From IMG/VR virus record IMGVR_UViG_3300031965_000061, positions 1-44,268 of that record: DNA of 44,268 bases; one strand, 5' to 3'. Origin of the DNA: a virus. Its lineage: Duplodnaviria > Caudoviricetes. The translations under genes were made by a program, and so were the position numbers. Shown in pieces: positions 1-8,941 of the stretch (positions within the stretch are counted from its first letter, which is position 1; every line of letters begins with the position of its first letter). The notes beneath the pieces are model-generated. The model saw only the letters and a program-made list of their open reading frames with translations, had not been told where the DNA came from and searched no databases.

Positions 1-2161
1 TATCGTAGGCATCGTAGGCATCCCGAAGCCTCAGCCCACGGCGATAAATTGGTTTAGTTCCCTCCCTACTAAACCCAAACTCCTCAAGCCTATGAGCAAA
101 CCATTTTGCCGAATAGCTACCAGTGCCGGCATCCTCCGACCACTGCTTGAAACTGTCATAAAGGTGCCTGGACTGCTCTCTGAAAGCAGGTCCAATGATG
201 CACATTTCGGCCACAAATTGACCCACAACGTCCTCCGATTTGCGGTATTCAGCTGTTGCCGAGGTGACTATGGGGGGGCAATTCAGTGACTCTTTTTGCC
301 ACAGTAGACATCCTTCAAGCGCCCAGTTGAGGATACCAGACAGTTCCATTTTGAGCTTTTGATCGAGATTTCCATCCTTACGATCCTCAAATGAGACACT
401 GAATGGAATGAGTCGGACACGTCTCCAGAGAGCAGGATCGTCACTCGCCCGCGGCCGGTGGTTGGTGACGAGAATCAGCTTGTGGGTCGGTTGAAATTCA
501 ATGGGGAGCTTGCCGTAAACTCCCCTGGCATTGACCCTATCCTGCCCTGTTATCTGCTTCAGGAGCGACTCATTCAGGCGCCGGCCGTGGCTAGTCTCGG
601 TGCAGACCACCAGTCGCTTGCCCATCATCTGGAGTAGCCCTGGTTGGGCCTCGTCAGCTTTTCGGGCGTACTTGCTTTCGATCAGGAAGTCCGAATCGGC
701 ATGGAAGGCGAATTTCCCCAGAAGTTCTTCTAGGATGCCAATCAGGACGCTCTTGCCGTTGCATCCCGACCCGTAGAATATCGCAAACATTTGTTCTTTT
801 GTGGCACCAGTAAGAAAATATCCTACAAGCCTGTGCAAATAATTGATAAGTTCCGAGTTGCCGTCGAATATCTCCTCGAGGAACTGATGGAACCGAGGCG
901 CTTTGGCGATGTGATCGAATCTGATTGGGCTACGCTTGGTCAAACGATGGGAGGGGCTATGAGGTGAGAGTCGGCCCGTGGTGAGGTCGAGAACGCCATT
1001 TTCGACGGGAAGGGCAAAATGATTCTGGTCGAATTGGTGGATGGACGTGGCGATGGAGGATTCGGAGCGGGCCAGCTCGAGCATGTACCGAATTCCGTTG
1101 CGGGAATTGGACCGGACAGCGTGCTTGGCGAGGGCCTCTGAGCCGTTGCCGGCGAGGCGCTCCCACCATTGCCTGGCGGTAATTTTGCCGAGTTCCTGGA
1201 CCTGCAGACCTTCCACGTCGGTCTCCCAAATACCCGTTTCGGGGGAGTAAACGTACCATGACTTCGCCTCCGGCACGAACGCAACGCGATTTACATGCTG
1301 GAGGGAAAATTCCTTGGCGTTGGTCAGATCATTCCAATGCTCTTCTTTGACAAGTTTGTTGTTTTTTTCTACAAGTCCGTTGTAAGATATTGCATTATCA
1401 ATCATCTTAGCAAGCGCCTGAGCGCGATCTGTTTCCCGCTGAAGACGCTTGTCCAAGTCTTGGTCGAGCGGCGGGATAAACCGGACGCTACACCCTGCAC
1501 TGGTGAGGGCTTTTCCGAGCTGGTGTTTCCATTTTTCGCCGTCGGCGTCTGGATCTGGCGCCAGAACGCAATCCCTGCCCGCCAACAGGCTCTGGAGGCT
1601 CTCGACGACGTGCAGGCCGGGCTTCGCCCCTGGTGTCGCTATGACTGCTTGCATGCCTGCAGAGAGGGCCGCGGCCGCGTCCGCCTCACCTTCGGTGATC
1701 AGGATTGTTTGATCGGAGGGAAACGGCCAGGGCGAGATGAAGCCGTTTTTATCCCCTTTGTTGCAGATGGCCTTCTTACCGTTCCGGAAAGGCGTGTTGT
1801 CGGATCGGCGCTTGCGCTGGCCTGTCTGTTTCCCCTGGGCACCGCGCATGGGAAAACTGACTTCCCGGTGTGCGGGGCTGGACGTGGCGCCCAGGGCGCG
1901 CAAAGCGGAGGCTTTCCATCCCCGGATGGAGGCCAGCTCATCAACCGGATCAAGATTTGAGAGGTAGGACTGTGCCGGTGCTGGTGGAGGTGCGGGCTTC
2001 CTGCCGATCGATCGGGCAATCTGCCGGACCTCGCCAGCGGGAAGGCCGCAGCGCTCAGGGCAATTAAGCAGGTGCGCCTCGATTTCCTCGGGGCTCATTC
2101 CCTTCTTGCGGAGTGCGCCGGCGATCCTGGTGAGTTCTACGTTGCGGCCTCCGGATTCCAT
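1..2161 (-). CDS. Phage P4-family/D5-like primase-helicase (PriCT-1-like N-terminus, TOPRIM, D5_N, SF3 helicase); 3' end truncated at window edge
   Basis: Hand translation from ATG 2161: MESGGRNVELTRIAGALRKKG...; TOPRIM motifs ILITEGEAD and LAPDPDADG; Walker A FYGSGCNGKS; KRLVVCTE; LKQITGQD; LILVTNHRP; ALWRRVRLIPF. No stop before position 1, which explains its absence from the ORF track. Confidence 0.9.
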   Translation of the reverse strand, partial: MESGGRNVELTRIAGALRKKGMSPEEIEAHLLNCPERCGLPAGEVRQIARSIGRKPAPPPAPAQSYLSNLDPVDELASIRGWKASALRALGATSSPAHREVSFPMRGAQGKQTGQRKRRSDNTPFRNGKKAICNKGDKNGFISPWPFPSDQTILITEGEADAAAALSAGMQAVIATPGAKPGLHVVESLQSLLAGRDCVLAPDPDADGEKWKHQLGKALTSAGCSVRFIPPLDQDLDKRLQRETDRAQALAKMIDNAISYNGLVEKNNKLVKEEHWNDLTNAKEFSLQHVNRVAFVPEAKSWYVYSPETGIWETDVEGLQVQELGKITARQWWERLAGNGSEALAKHAVRSNSRNGIRYMLELARSESSIATSIHQFDQNHFALPVENGVLDLTTGRLSPHSPSHRLTKRSPIRFDHIAKAPRFHQFLEEIFDGNSELINYLHRLVGYFLTGATKEQMFAIFYGSGCNGKSVLIGILEELLGKFAFHADSDFLIESKYARKADEAQPGLLQMMGKRLVVCTETSHGRRLNESLLKQITGQDRVNARGVYGKLPIEFQPTHKLILVTNHRPRASDDPALWRRVRLIPFSVSFEDRKDGNLDQKLKMELSGILNWALEGCLLWQKESLNCPPIVTSATAEYRKSEDVVGQFVAEMCIIGPAFREQSRHLYDSFKQWSEDAGTGSYSAKWFAHRLEEFGFSREGTKPIYRRGLRLRDAYDAYD

Positions 2162-2235
2162 TATGGGCTTCTTTTGCTGGGGCTGGGGCTGGTACTGGTA
2201 CGGTGCTGAGAGCGGTGGCGGCGTGGCGGTGAGGG

Positions 2236-2979
2236 TTAGTCGGCCGCGTCTTCGAAGAGTTTCTCCTGAATTGGATTGGGTTGCTCCTGCTGGTGGAACA
2301 GGTCATTCTCCCTATCGTCCATCGCCTCGCTGATCCTTCTGACGGCGATCTCGAAATACTTGGGCTCTATTTCGATGCCCATGAAGGCGCGGCCGAGCTT
2401 GACGCAGGCGACGCCGGTGGTGCCGGAGCCCATGAAGGGGTCGAGGATGGTGCCCCCTGGTTCCGCCGCGATGCGGACGATTTGCAACATCGTATCAAGC
2501 GGTTTCGGGCATGGATGCTCGACACCATCTCCGAACATTCCTGCCACATTGCCTACATGGTAATCCCTATTCACCACGTCTAATGATGGCGAAGGCTTGC
2601 CGTTCTCCCAAAAAACTACCGGGTCCCAACTATGCCAGACACCGGTGGGCCTTATTTGCGCGAAGTTCTTGCATGCTGCGAAAATCCGCCATCCGGCCGG
2701 AAACCAGCTGTGGAATTGCCCACACTGAAGCATCGCTTGAAACACGAAGACCCGGCCTACCTGAATAATGTGCTGGCACTCAGACACAAGCACAGACATG
2801 AGTGCGGGGTAAGCAGATGGGTTGTCATCCCATGTGGCCCTGTCGAATCTAATACCGAATGGCGGATCAGTCACCACCGCGTCCACCGTCCCCGCCGGAA
2901 TCTCCGGCAGAATCTCTAGGCAATCGCCCAGCCACAGCCGCACGTTGCCGCGTTGCCAGTCGGGTTCCCTCAAAATCAC
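2236..2979 (-). CDS. Site-specific DNA methyltransferase (N6-adenine/N4-cytosine, beta class)
   Basis: GDCLEIL, catalytic DPPF, HPCPKP, SAM-binding DPFMGSGTTG, GIEIEPKYF. Confidence 0.93.
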   Translation of the reverse strand: MILREPDWQRGNVRLWLGDCLEILPEIPAGTVDAVVTDPPFGIRFDRATWDDNPSAYPALMSVLVSECQHIIQVGRVFVFQAMLQCGQFHSWFPAGWRIFAACKNFAQIRPTGVWHSWDPVVFWENGKPSPSLDVVNRDYHVGNVAGMFGDGVEHPCPKPLDTMLQIVRIAAEPGGTILDPFMGSGTTGVACVKLGRAFMGIEIEPKYFEIAVRRISEAMDDRENDLFHQQEQPNPIQEKLFEDAAD

Positions 2980-4208
2980 TTCGCCACCTCCGCCCTATTC
3001 CTCTGCATCCCCTCACACTTCGCCACGCGATATCCCAGCTTCCTGTACCCGCTGAACCGCGTCCAGCTCGCCCCCTCGCTGAAAGGATGCTGCCAATCGA
3101 AAAAGTCATAGATCAATGCACTCTCTTTTCCGTTGGAGGCGGTCAGGACGCGGGAGGAACGCTGCTCGATTCTTGCCGTCTGCCTGCGCTTGCCGTTTGT
3201 GTCTTCGGCCTTGGAGATACCTCTGCCGCCGCAGGCGTACACGAGGACATTGGCGCAGGGGACATCGAGCCCTTCATCGGCGAGGGATGTTGCAATGAGG
3301 CATTTCAAAATGCCGGCACGGAATTGCTCGATGAGGTCACTGCGCTTGCCCTCGCTGGCTTTCATCTTGGAATGCACCAGCTTGGCACCGTCGATCTTGC
3401 TGGCGATTGCGCGGCCCTGCTCGATACTGAACACCAGACAGAGGACTGAGTCCCCTTTCGCGGCATGATCTCGGCAGATTTCCGCCGCCAGGGTGTTCCG
3501 GTCCTCGTTTCCTGCGATGGCCAGCGACATCACCGCCTGCTGGGTGGCTCTCCTCAAGCATTCCTCCCTGATCTTGTCTTCGGGTTCGGGGTCGTAAAGC
3601 CTCTGACAAAGCCACTTCTTCTTCTGCCAGAGCCGCTCGACGGCTTCTGTTTCCGCCATGTGGTTTTCAACCGCCTCCACAAAAGCCCTTTCAGGGTTGG
3701 AGATTGTAAATCGCACCTCTGCTTCCACCCGATGCTCCCCCACCTCCTCGTGGGTGATTCGGCAGACGACAGGACCGATCAATTCTTCCACTGCAGGCCA
3801 TTGTTCATCTTCGCGATGGTCGGTGGCGGTTGTGCCCCACTTATCCGCCCCTGTGCATGCTTGAATGATCTCTGTCCAGGAGGGGGCTGCGGCATGGTGG
3901 CACTCGTCGATGATGAGAATGTCCACATTCCGGAACAGGATGCCTGCGGTGCCAGCGGGGCAACGCACCCAGCACCGGAATTGATCGCGGTAAGGTTTGA
4001 GGATCTGCAATGCTGCTTTGGCTTGGTCGATCTGCTCGGTGGTATTGGCAATCCAGAGGATGTTGAGGCACCATCCGTGCTCCAATCGTTGGCGAATTGC
4101 CTCCGCCATGATGATCGTCTTTCCCGATCTGGCCGGTGCCACAACGATCCCCCTGCTGCAGGAGGTGAGCTTGGCAGCGGCCTTGACCTGGTAGGGGCGG
4201 AGGATCAT
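2976..4208 (-). CDS. Superfamily 2 DEAD/DEAH-box helicase
   Basis: LRPYQ Q-motif, APARSGKT, IIDECHH, TAT, ADEGLDVP. Confidence 0.9.
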   Translation of the reverse strand: MILRPYQVKAAAKLTSCSRGIVVAPARSGKTIIMAEAIRQRLEHGWCLNILWIANTTEQIDQAKAALQILKPYRDQFRCWVRCPAGTAGILFRNVDILIIDECHHAAAPSWTEIIQACTGADKWGTTATDHREDEQWPAVEELIGPVVCRITHEEVGEHRVEAEVRFTISNPERAFVEAVENHMAETEAVERLWQKKKWLCQRLYDPEPEDKIREECLRRATQQAVMSLAIAGNEDRNTLAAEICRDHAAKGDSVLCLVFSIEQGRAIASKIDGAKLVHSKMKASEGKRSDLIEQFRAGILKCLIATSLADEGLDVPCANVLVYACGGRGISKAEDTNGKRRQTARIEQRSSRVLTASNGKESALIYDFFDWQHPFSEGASWTRFSGYRKLGYRVAKCEGMQRNRAEVAK

Positions 4209-4241
4209 GGCGGAGGTGTCCTTGTCTCGCTTGTTCGTGGT

Positions 4242-4817
4242 TCAGGCTGTTGCGACGGCCGCGGTGGACTTCTTGCTGCCAACGGGTTCTCTCAGCCCCT
4301 CCGCCACGTCGTCCCACACCTTCACCCTCACACCAAACTCCACCAGCAATTCAACCAAGCGATCCTGATTCTCCCTCCCCATTGCCACCGAGGCCGCTTG
4401 CACCAGGTGGCCCATGATGGCTCGCAACTCTGCGATTCGCTGATTCACGACATGGATCGTCGTCTCGGAAATCCTGAGCCGGAATTCCTCCTCGATCTCG
4501 CGCTCGTACTCAGCGAGAGGAGGTGTGTGAGGTCTTTCGGGTTCCTGAAATTCACTGCTTGGGGTTGAGAATGTTTTTCCATGATGTTCCAACGCTAGTT
4601 TTCTGATAGTGCCGCTCGACCTTCTTTCATGGTCGCGCTGGATGTCCTCCGGTGTGAGAGGCGGATTGTTCATCGTGGCGGGGGATAGGGTTTTCACCTT
4701 CTCCGTGGAAGCCTCATCGTGGCTTCTGCGGCGCGTGTCGGGTTGCATGCCGTGGCCGCCTGGTGGCAGGTATTGGTGGCTGCCGGAGGTGATAGCTGGT
4801 GGGAGGTGGGGATTCAT
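4242..4817 (-). CDS. Hypothetical phage protein
   Basis: ATGA-coupled to the upstream gene with GGAGG RBS; helical C-terminal half. Confidence 0.6.
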   Translation of the reverse strand: MNPHLPPAITSGSHQYLPPGGHGMQPDTRRRSHDEASTEKVKTLSPATMNNPPLTPEDIQRDHERRSSGTIRKLALEHHGKTFSTPSSEFQEPERPHTPPLAEYEREIEEEFRLRISETTIHVVNQRIAELRAIMGHLVQAASVAMGRENQDRLVELLVEFGVRVKVWDDVAEGLREPVGSKKSTAAVATA

Positions 4818-5383
4818 TTCGCGTCCTCCTTCCCGGCTTCCGCCTCGCGCTCGGCGAGGGTCTGGATGCCGCCACGTCCATGCGTTTCAAAATCGGTGAC
4901 TATTATGCTCTTCGCGATCTCGCCATACACGTCGATAACTTGCGGCGCGAACGAAGCGGCTAGACTGTGCATGGCGTCGTGGGCAGAATGAGTGCAAAAG
5001 ACTGCTACGTCCGCCCGAAGCTGGCCGATCATCTCTTGCCCGGCGCCAAAAATATAGGTCACATTGGCGGGCTTATGCTCATAGAAGACCTTGACAAAGG
5101 CCGACATCCAGAACGGATTCGCCTCTATTACATAGACGTGCTTGGCAAGGTGCGAAAGGTGGAGCGCAAGCAAGCCAATCCCGCCGCCAACATCCACGAT
5201 CGTCTTGCCTTTGATACGCTTGGCAAGATGCCTAGTGACAAGGTCGCCCGTTTCATCGTCAATCACAGTTAGGACCGCCGCTGATTCGATCCCATGCCTC
5301 TGGTCATAGCGCTCCATCATCCCTATCAGTTGCGGGTCATGCACCAAGTCGTAAACCTTTTCCAGGAGTTTCCCGACGCTCAT
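4814..5383 (-). CDS. Class I SAM-dependent methyltransferase (substrate unknown)
   Basis: Motif I IVDVGGGIG followed by VYVIEANP. Confidence 0.75.
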   Translation of the reverse strand: MSVGKLLEKVYDLVHDPQLIGMMERYDQRHGIESAAVLTVIDDETGDLVTRHLAKRIKGKTIVDVGGGIGLLALHLSHLAKHVYVIEANPFWMSAFVKVFYEHKPANVTYIFGAGQEMIGQLRADVAVFCTHSAHDAMHSLAASFAPQVIDVYGEIAKSIIVTDFETHGRGGIQTLAEREAEAGKEDAK

Positions 5384-5637
5384 GCCTTCTCTCCTTTCTT
5401 TTGGGCTTCGTACTCCGCCAGCGCCGCGCGGCCAGCGGGGGTGATCGTGATTGACACCTGACGATCATCAAGCAAACGGCGAATGATGAGCAAGCCCACG
5501 GTGTCCTTGCGCCTGCGCCCCTCCATCCCCGATTCGCTGTGCAGGAAAAACGAATGATCCCAATTGTCCCACTGAAGCCACTTATCGCCGTTCCTTAGCT
5601 CCGCCAGCACCCTCGCCTGCGCGTCACTGATTTTCAT
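5380..5637 (-). CDS. Hypothetical protein, possibly winged-helix-like
   Basis: Start re-called at MKISDAQARVLAELRNG; C-terminal ITPAGRAAL. Confidence 0.6.
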   Translation of the reverse strand: MKISDAQARVLAELRNGDKWLQWDNWDHSFFLHSESGMEGRRRKDTVGLLIIRRLLDDRQVSITITPAGRAALAEYEAQKKGEKA

Positions 5638-6190
5638 CGCGGGCCTCCGTGGGGGCGGTTGCGAACATGCAGCCCTGAACTTCAGGCGGCTTTTGCTGCA
5701 CCACAATAATCGTGTCGTTGTGCGCACCGCCGTGGCAAAGCAGATGCGTTTCCAGCGTCTCATACTGCTTGCCCATGCCGGTCGAGTTCCACCCAAATGA
5801 AATGGTAATGCCGCCTGGTTTCAGGATGCGGTCAATAATTTTGCGGCAATCGCGATAGAGAACGGCGCTTTGTGTATCAGTCATACCTGTGCCACGGCCT
5901 ACCTGCTGGTAGCATTCCGCAATCTGGCGCGGCGAATAGGGAGGATCAAAAAGCACGGCATCGGCCACGATTCCGTTCGACTCCATCAGCGCAAGAAACT
6001 CCCTAGCCTCCATGTGAAAGTGCGCCGCTGTCTCCGGGTTGAGATCGTTGCGATGCGTCCCCCATTGGGAATTGCGGGCGAACGGGTCCACGATCACGGC
6101 ACAACCGTTGAGTACGCGAGCAAGCAACGCCTCGACCGGAGGCATGAGAAAGGTTTCCGAGTTTGGCATACACCAGGAGCGATGGATCAC
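5624..6190 (-). CDS. Phage adenine-specific DNA methyltransferase
   Basis: IVDPFARNS SAM motif, catalytic LFDPPY, ILKPGG, HGGAHNDTI. Confidence 0.85.
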   Translation of the reverse strand: MIHRSWCMPNSETFLMPPVEALLARVLNGCAVIVDPFARNSQWGTHRNDLNPETAAHFHMEAREFLALMESNGIVADAVLFDPPYSPRQIAECYQQVGRGTGMTDTQSAVLYRDCRKIIDRILKPGGITISFGWNSTGMGKQYETLETHLLCHGGAHNDTIIVVQQKPPEVQGCMFATAPTEARDENQ

Positions 6191-6561
6191 TTCCCGCCCT
6201 CCCCCCGCAGCGCGAAGGCCGCGTCGAAGGCGGCGAGATACTCCAGCGCCTCGCTGCGGTCATACCGTGCCTGTGCGATGCCATGCTCGATAGCCGCCTC
6301 CCGCCCGGTATGCGCCTGCTGCCAGAGTGCGTCCACCAGAGCACAGAGATATTCCTCCGTGACCTCGCGCGTGCCGGGGGCGGGCTCCGGCGCTGGCGCG
6401 GCGCCGATGTCGGAGAGAACCATCTTGGCGGTTTCAGCCCACACATCTTCGCAATCGTCACCACGGTCGATCGCCTCCTCGTGTACGTATTCTTTCCCGC
6501 GCCAAAAGCCGTAATCAATCAGGCGCGCTATCTGCGGCAGCGTCAGCGTGTAGTGCTCCAT
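6187..6561 (-). CDS. Hypothetical protein
   Basis: Coupled ORF in the early operon. Confidence 0.6.
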   Translation of the reverse strand: MEHYTLTLPQIARLIDYGFWRGKEYVHEEAIDRGDDCEDVWAETAKMVLSDIGAAPAPEPAPGTREVTEEYLCALVDALWQQAHTGREAAIEHGIAQARYDRSEALEYLAAFDAAFALRGEGGK

Positions 6562-6562
6562 G

Positions 6563-6748
6563 TCAAAACTCCTTCTCTATCAATTTCACGCACCGATCAT
6601 AATACTGTATGAGATAAGACATTGTCATATCATCAAGGTAAATAGTGTTAGTCGATCGAACACCGTTGCTCGTGGTCAGGACGATTCCGCCGCAGTTATC
6701 TGGTTCTACATAGACGCCATCTCCAAGGTATTGTTTTGTCTGTTTCAC
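6563..6748 (-). CDS. Hypothetical protein (low GC)
   Basis: GTG start coupled to upstream stop with GGAG/GAGG RBS; YLGDGVYVE segment. Confidence 0.6.
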   Translation of the reverse strand: MKQTKQYLGDGVYVEPDNCGGIVLTTSNGVRSTNTIYLDDMTMSYLIQYYDRCVKLIEKEF

Positions 6749-7125
6749 GTTTCCTCTCCTTTCTCGGCTTCGGCCTTGGCCTCCGCCAGCGCGCGGCGGG
6801 CGGCGTCCCTTTCATTGATTACCTGATCGAGCACTACCCTGACAGGATAGACGCGCACACCATCCACAGTCGAGCTGGCAAACAGCTCGTCCGTGAGATC
6901 ACAGGGTAATGCGTCTTCGAAAATAATAGTCTCGCCCCTCCTCGCCTGCTCCTCCGCCAGCGCCTTGCGCGTCGCGGCGAGCCACCTGAGAGAACCTCGA
7001 ACTGCCCATGCGCGTAAGCTCACGGCTTCCTCATACCACGATTGCTCGGTATCCGTCAGCCAATCTAAAACCTCTGCATCGGACCCGGTGGGCTCGACCT
7101 GCGGCAACTTCGGGGTGTCAGTCAT
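6745..7125 (-). CDS. Hypothetical protein
   Basis: Start re-called at MTDTPKLPQ, overlapping the upstream stop. Confidence 0.6.
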   Translation of the reverse strand: MTDTPKLPQVEPTGSDAEVLDWLTDTEQSWYEEAVSLRAWAVRGSLRWLAATRKALAEEQARRGETIIFEDALPCDLTDELFASSTVDGVRVYPVRVVLDQVINERDAARRALAEAKAEAEKGEET

Positions 7126-7504
7126 TGTCGGCCTCGCTTCCCTTCTTCTCGGCCGCGCGCGCGGCCCAGGCCTTGTTGAAGGCGTCCGCGAAGGGCTCTC
7201 CGAACTTCCGATCTTCGGCAAAACCGATAAGCCCTTGCTGGATTGCGTTGTGGTTACTGGAGTCACGCCATGATGCTGCGTTGGCTGCGATTGCCAACTT
7301 GACGGCATACTCTCTCCGCTCCTCGCGCTCGCGCTCCAGCGCGGCCTCGGCGGCGGCCAGGCGCGACTCAAGGTCGGCGATGACTTCGTTGGCCTTGGCG
7401 ACGGCGGAGTTGTAGCCCTCCGCCCACCAGCAGTCATGGTTGGTGGTTGCTGGCGCGTCGAACGTCGGAATGGGTGCCTTTGCGAGTTGCCGTGTCTCAC
7501 TCAT
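7118..7504 (-). CDS. Hypothetical coiled-coil protein
   Basis: Start re-called at MSETRQLAK with GAGG RBS; heptad-rich middle. Confidence 0.6.
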   Translation of the reverse strand: MSETRQLAKAPIPTFDAPATTNHDCWWAEGYNSAVAKANEVIADLESRLAAAEAALEREREERREYAVKLAIAANAASWRDSSNHNAIQQGLIGFAEDRKFGEPFADAFNKAWAARAAEKKGSEADND

Positions 7505-7730
7505 CGCCCACCTCCCCCGCGCCCGAGGACAGGGCGGTGCGGTCAGATTTTCCCACCTTTCTGATGGCATCTCGGACTTCCTGAGTCAGCCTATCCTGCT
7601 GATCCTCAAGCGCCTCAATGGACTTCTGCTGGATTTCAATGATGCTTATCATCTTGTATAATATACCGCGCACCGTCTCGTTCGGCACAGAATCCAGCGT
7701 CACCATCCGGCGTTTTGGAAAGATTCGCAT
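7497..7730 (-). CDS. Hypothetical coiled-coil protein
   Basis: ATG preceded by AAGGAG RBS; coupled to the next gene. Confidence 0.6.
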   Translation of the reverse strand: MRIFPKRRMVTLDSVPNETVRGILYKMISIIEIQQKSIEALEDQQDRLTQEVRDAIRKVGKSDRTALSSGAGEVGDE

Positions 7731-7756
7731 CGCTCTTCTCCTTTCGCTTCGTTGTG

Positions 7757-7795
7757 CCCCGCCCCGGCGAGGCTATCCCCAGCGCCAGGGCGGGG
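7757..7795 (-). other. GC-rich intergenic stem-loop
   Basis: CCCCGCCCTGGCG...CGCCGGGGCGGGG, a 13-bp stem with one G-U pair on the minus strand; no U-tract. Confidence 0.5.
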
Positions 7796-7861
7796 TCGGC
7801 CACTTCAAGGACACTCCAACTTGTGAATTGAAGCCTGCCCATACGAGCCCGGCGGGACTGC

Positions 7862-8311
7862 CTACCGCAGCACGTCCACACAGATTCCCATTTTCTCCAG
7901 CAGGAGTCGGCGCTTGTTTTCCCATTCTCTCGTTGGCGCGGCGCCCTTCGTGTCAAAGAACCGTGCGACGAAACGTCCATCGTCCTGTGTTTCGAGGATT
8001 GGCATGTGATCTATCCGCATCCGCACCGGCTTGTCGCCGTCGATCAGAATCAGAGACACCTGGCGAAGCACTTTGCCATCAAATTCACTTTCTAGCCTGA
8101 GCTGATTCCTCCTCTCCGCCTTGGAATCGAACCACCTTCCGCGATCGTCTTGGCATCTTACGTTTCCGTATTTCGTTTCGACACGAGGAACGATAAGCAT
8201 TGGCCCGACGCCCAACTCGACCGGCTGGCCTGATGAGTCGCAAACCCGCCGCCCAGCTTGCAGCGTTTTCCGCACGAGTTCTGAACTGATCTTGTTGGAA
8301 CGTCGGGCCAA
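7862..8311 (-). CDS. DUF1064-like PD-(D/E)XK endonuclease
   Basis: TKYGNVRC...WFDSKAE and FFDTKG motifs. Confidence 0.7.
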   Translation of the reverse strand: MARRSNKISSELVRKTLQAGRRVCDSSGQPVELGVGPMLIVPRVETKYGNVRCQDDRGRWFDSKAERRNQLRLESEFDGKVLRQVSLILIDGDKPVRMRIDHMPILETQDDGRFVARFFDTKGAAPTREWENKRRLLLEKMGICVDVLR

Positions 8312-8326
8312 GACACGTCACCTCGC

Positions 8327-8938
8327 TCAAGGGAATTTCAGATCATCAGCCGGCATGTTTGGATCCTCGTATGCGTCTCCCGCATTCTGGGGGACTGTGG
8401 CGGCGGCACGCGGCGCGGCAGTTGGCGCCGGCCGATTGGCAGGCATTGCCGTTGGCTTCGGCATCGCGGCGCGAAACGTCGAGCCCCACTGGCTCTTGAG
8501 ATTGCGCATCGTGTTGTCGTCGGCCTTCTGGACGCCCGCACCAGATGACGGCGCTCCATCGGACACAGGGCCGATGCTCTGCACACGCATGTTGGTCTGG
8601 CCGTTGTAGGTTTCCTTGATGCAGAATGCCTGCATCGGCTGGTCCATGAGCGCGTCCTGGCTGGAGTGATCCCAGTCCATCGTGTAGGTCGGGAACGTCT
8701 GGCGGATTTGCTCGAGCCGGAACTGGAGCGGAGCGCCCTTATTGTCGGCCAGGATGAAGTAAGCCGTGATCTCGGGCTGGAGCCCGCCATGCTCTTCTGC
8801 AGTGTCGTACCAGCCCTCGTGCTCTGGGAACCAGCGCGAGTGGAAGGCCATTCGCAAGACAAGCTGCGGCTTTCTATTCTTCTCCTGCAGCGCGGCATCC
8901 AGGATGACGCCTTGATAGTGTCCCTCGGTCTTGACCAT
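8327..8938 (-). CDS. Putative ssDNA-binding protein (DUF669-like)
   Basis: Follows the Sak4-like ATPase; ETYNG motif, flexible linker, acidic tail DDLKFP. Confidence 0.65.
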   Translation of the reverse strand: MVKTEGHYQGVILDAALQEKNRKPQLVLRMAFHSRWFPEHEGWYDTAEEHGGLQPEITAYFILADNKGAPLQFRLEQIRQTFPTYTMDWDHSSQDALMDQPMQAFCIKETYNGQTNMRVQSIGPVSDGAPSSGAGVQKADDNTMRNLKSQWGSTFRAAMPKPTAMPANRPAPTAAPRAAATVPQNAGDAYEDPNMPADDLKFP

Positions 8939-8941
8939 CTC

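Noticed and set aside
2-22. ATCGTAGGC 9-bp repeat at the window start
   Set aside because: Only a little over two copies are visible and it is coding (DAYDAYD) and truncated, so an iteron role cannot be supported
6741-6756. Second parS-like sequence TGTTTCACGT
   Set aside because: Only the first 10 bases match, the right arm is absent, and it coincides with a GTG AAA CA start codon
7636-7980. 114-aa minus-strand ORF
   Set aside because: Overlaps two better-supported genes and spans an intergenic hairpin
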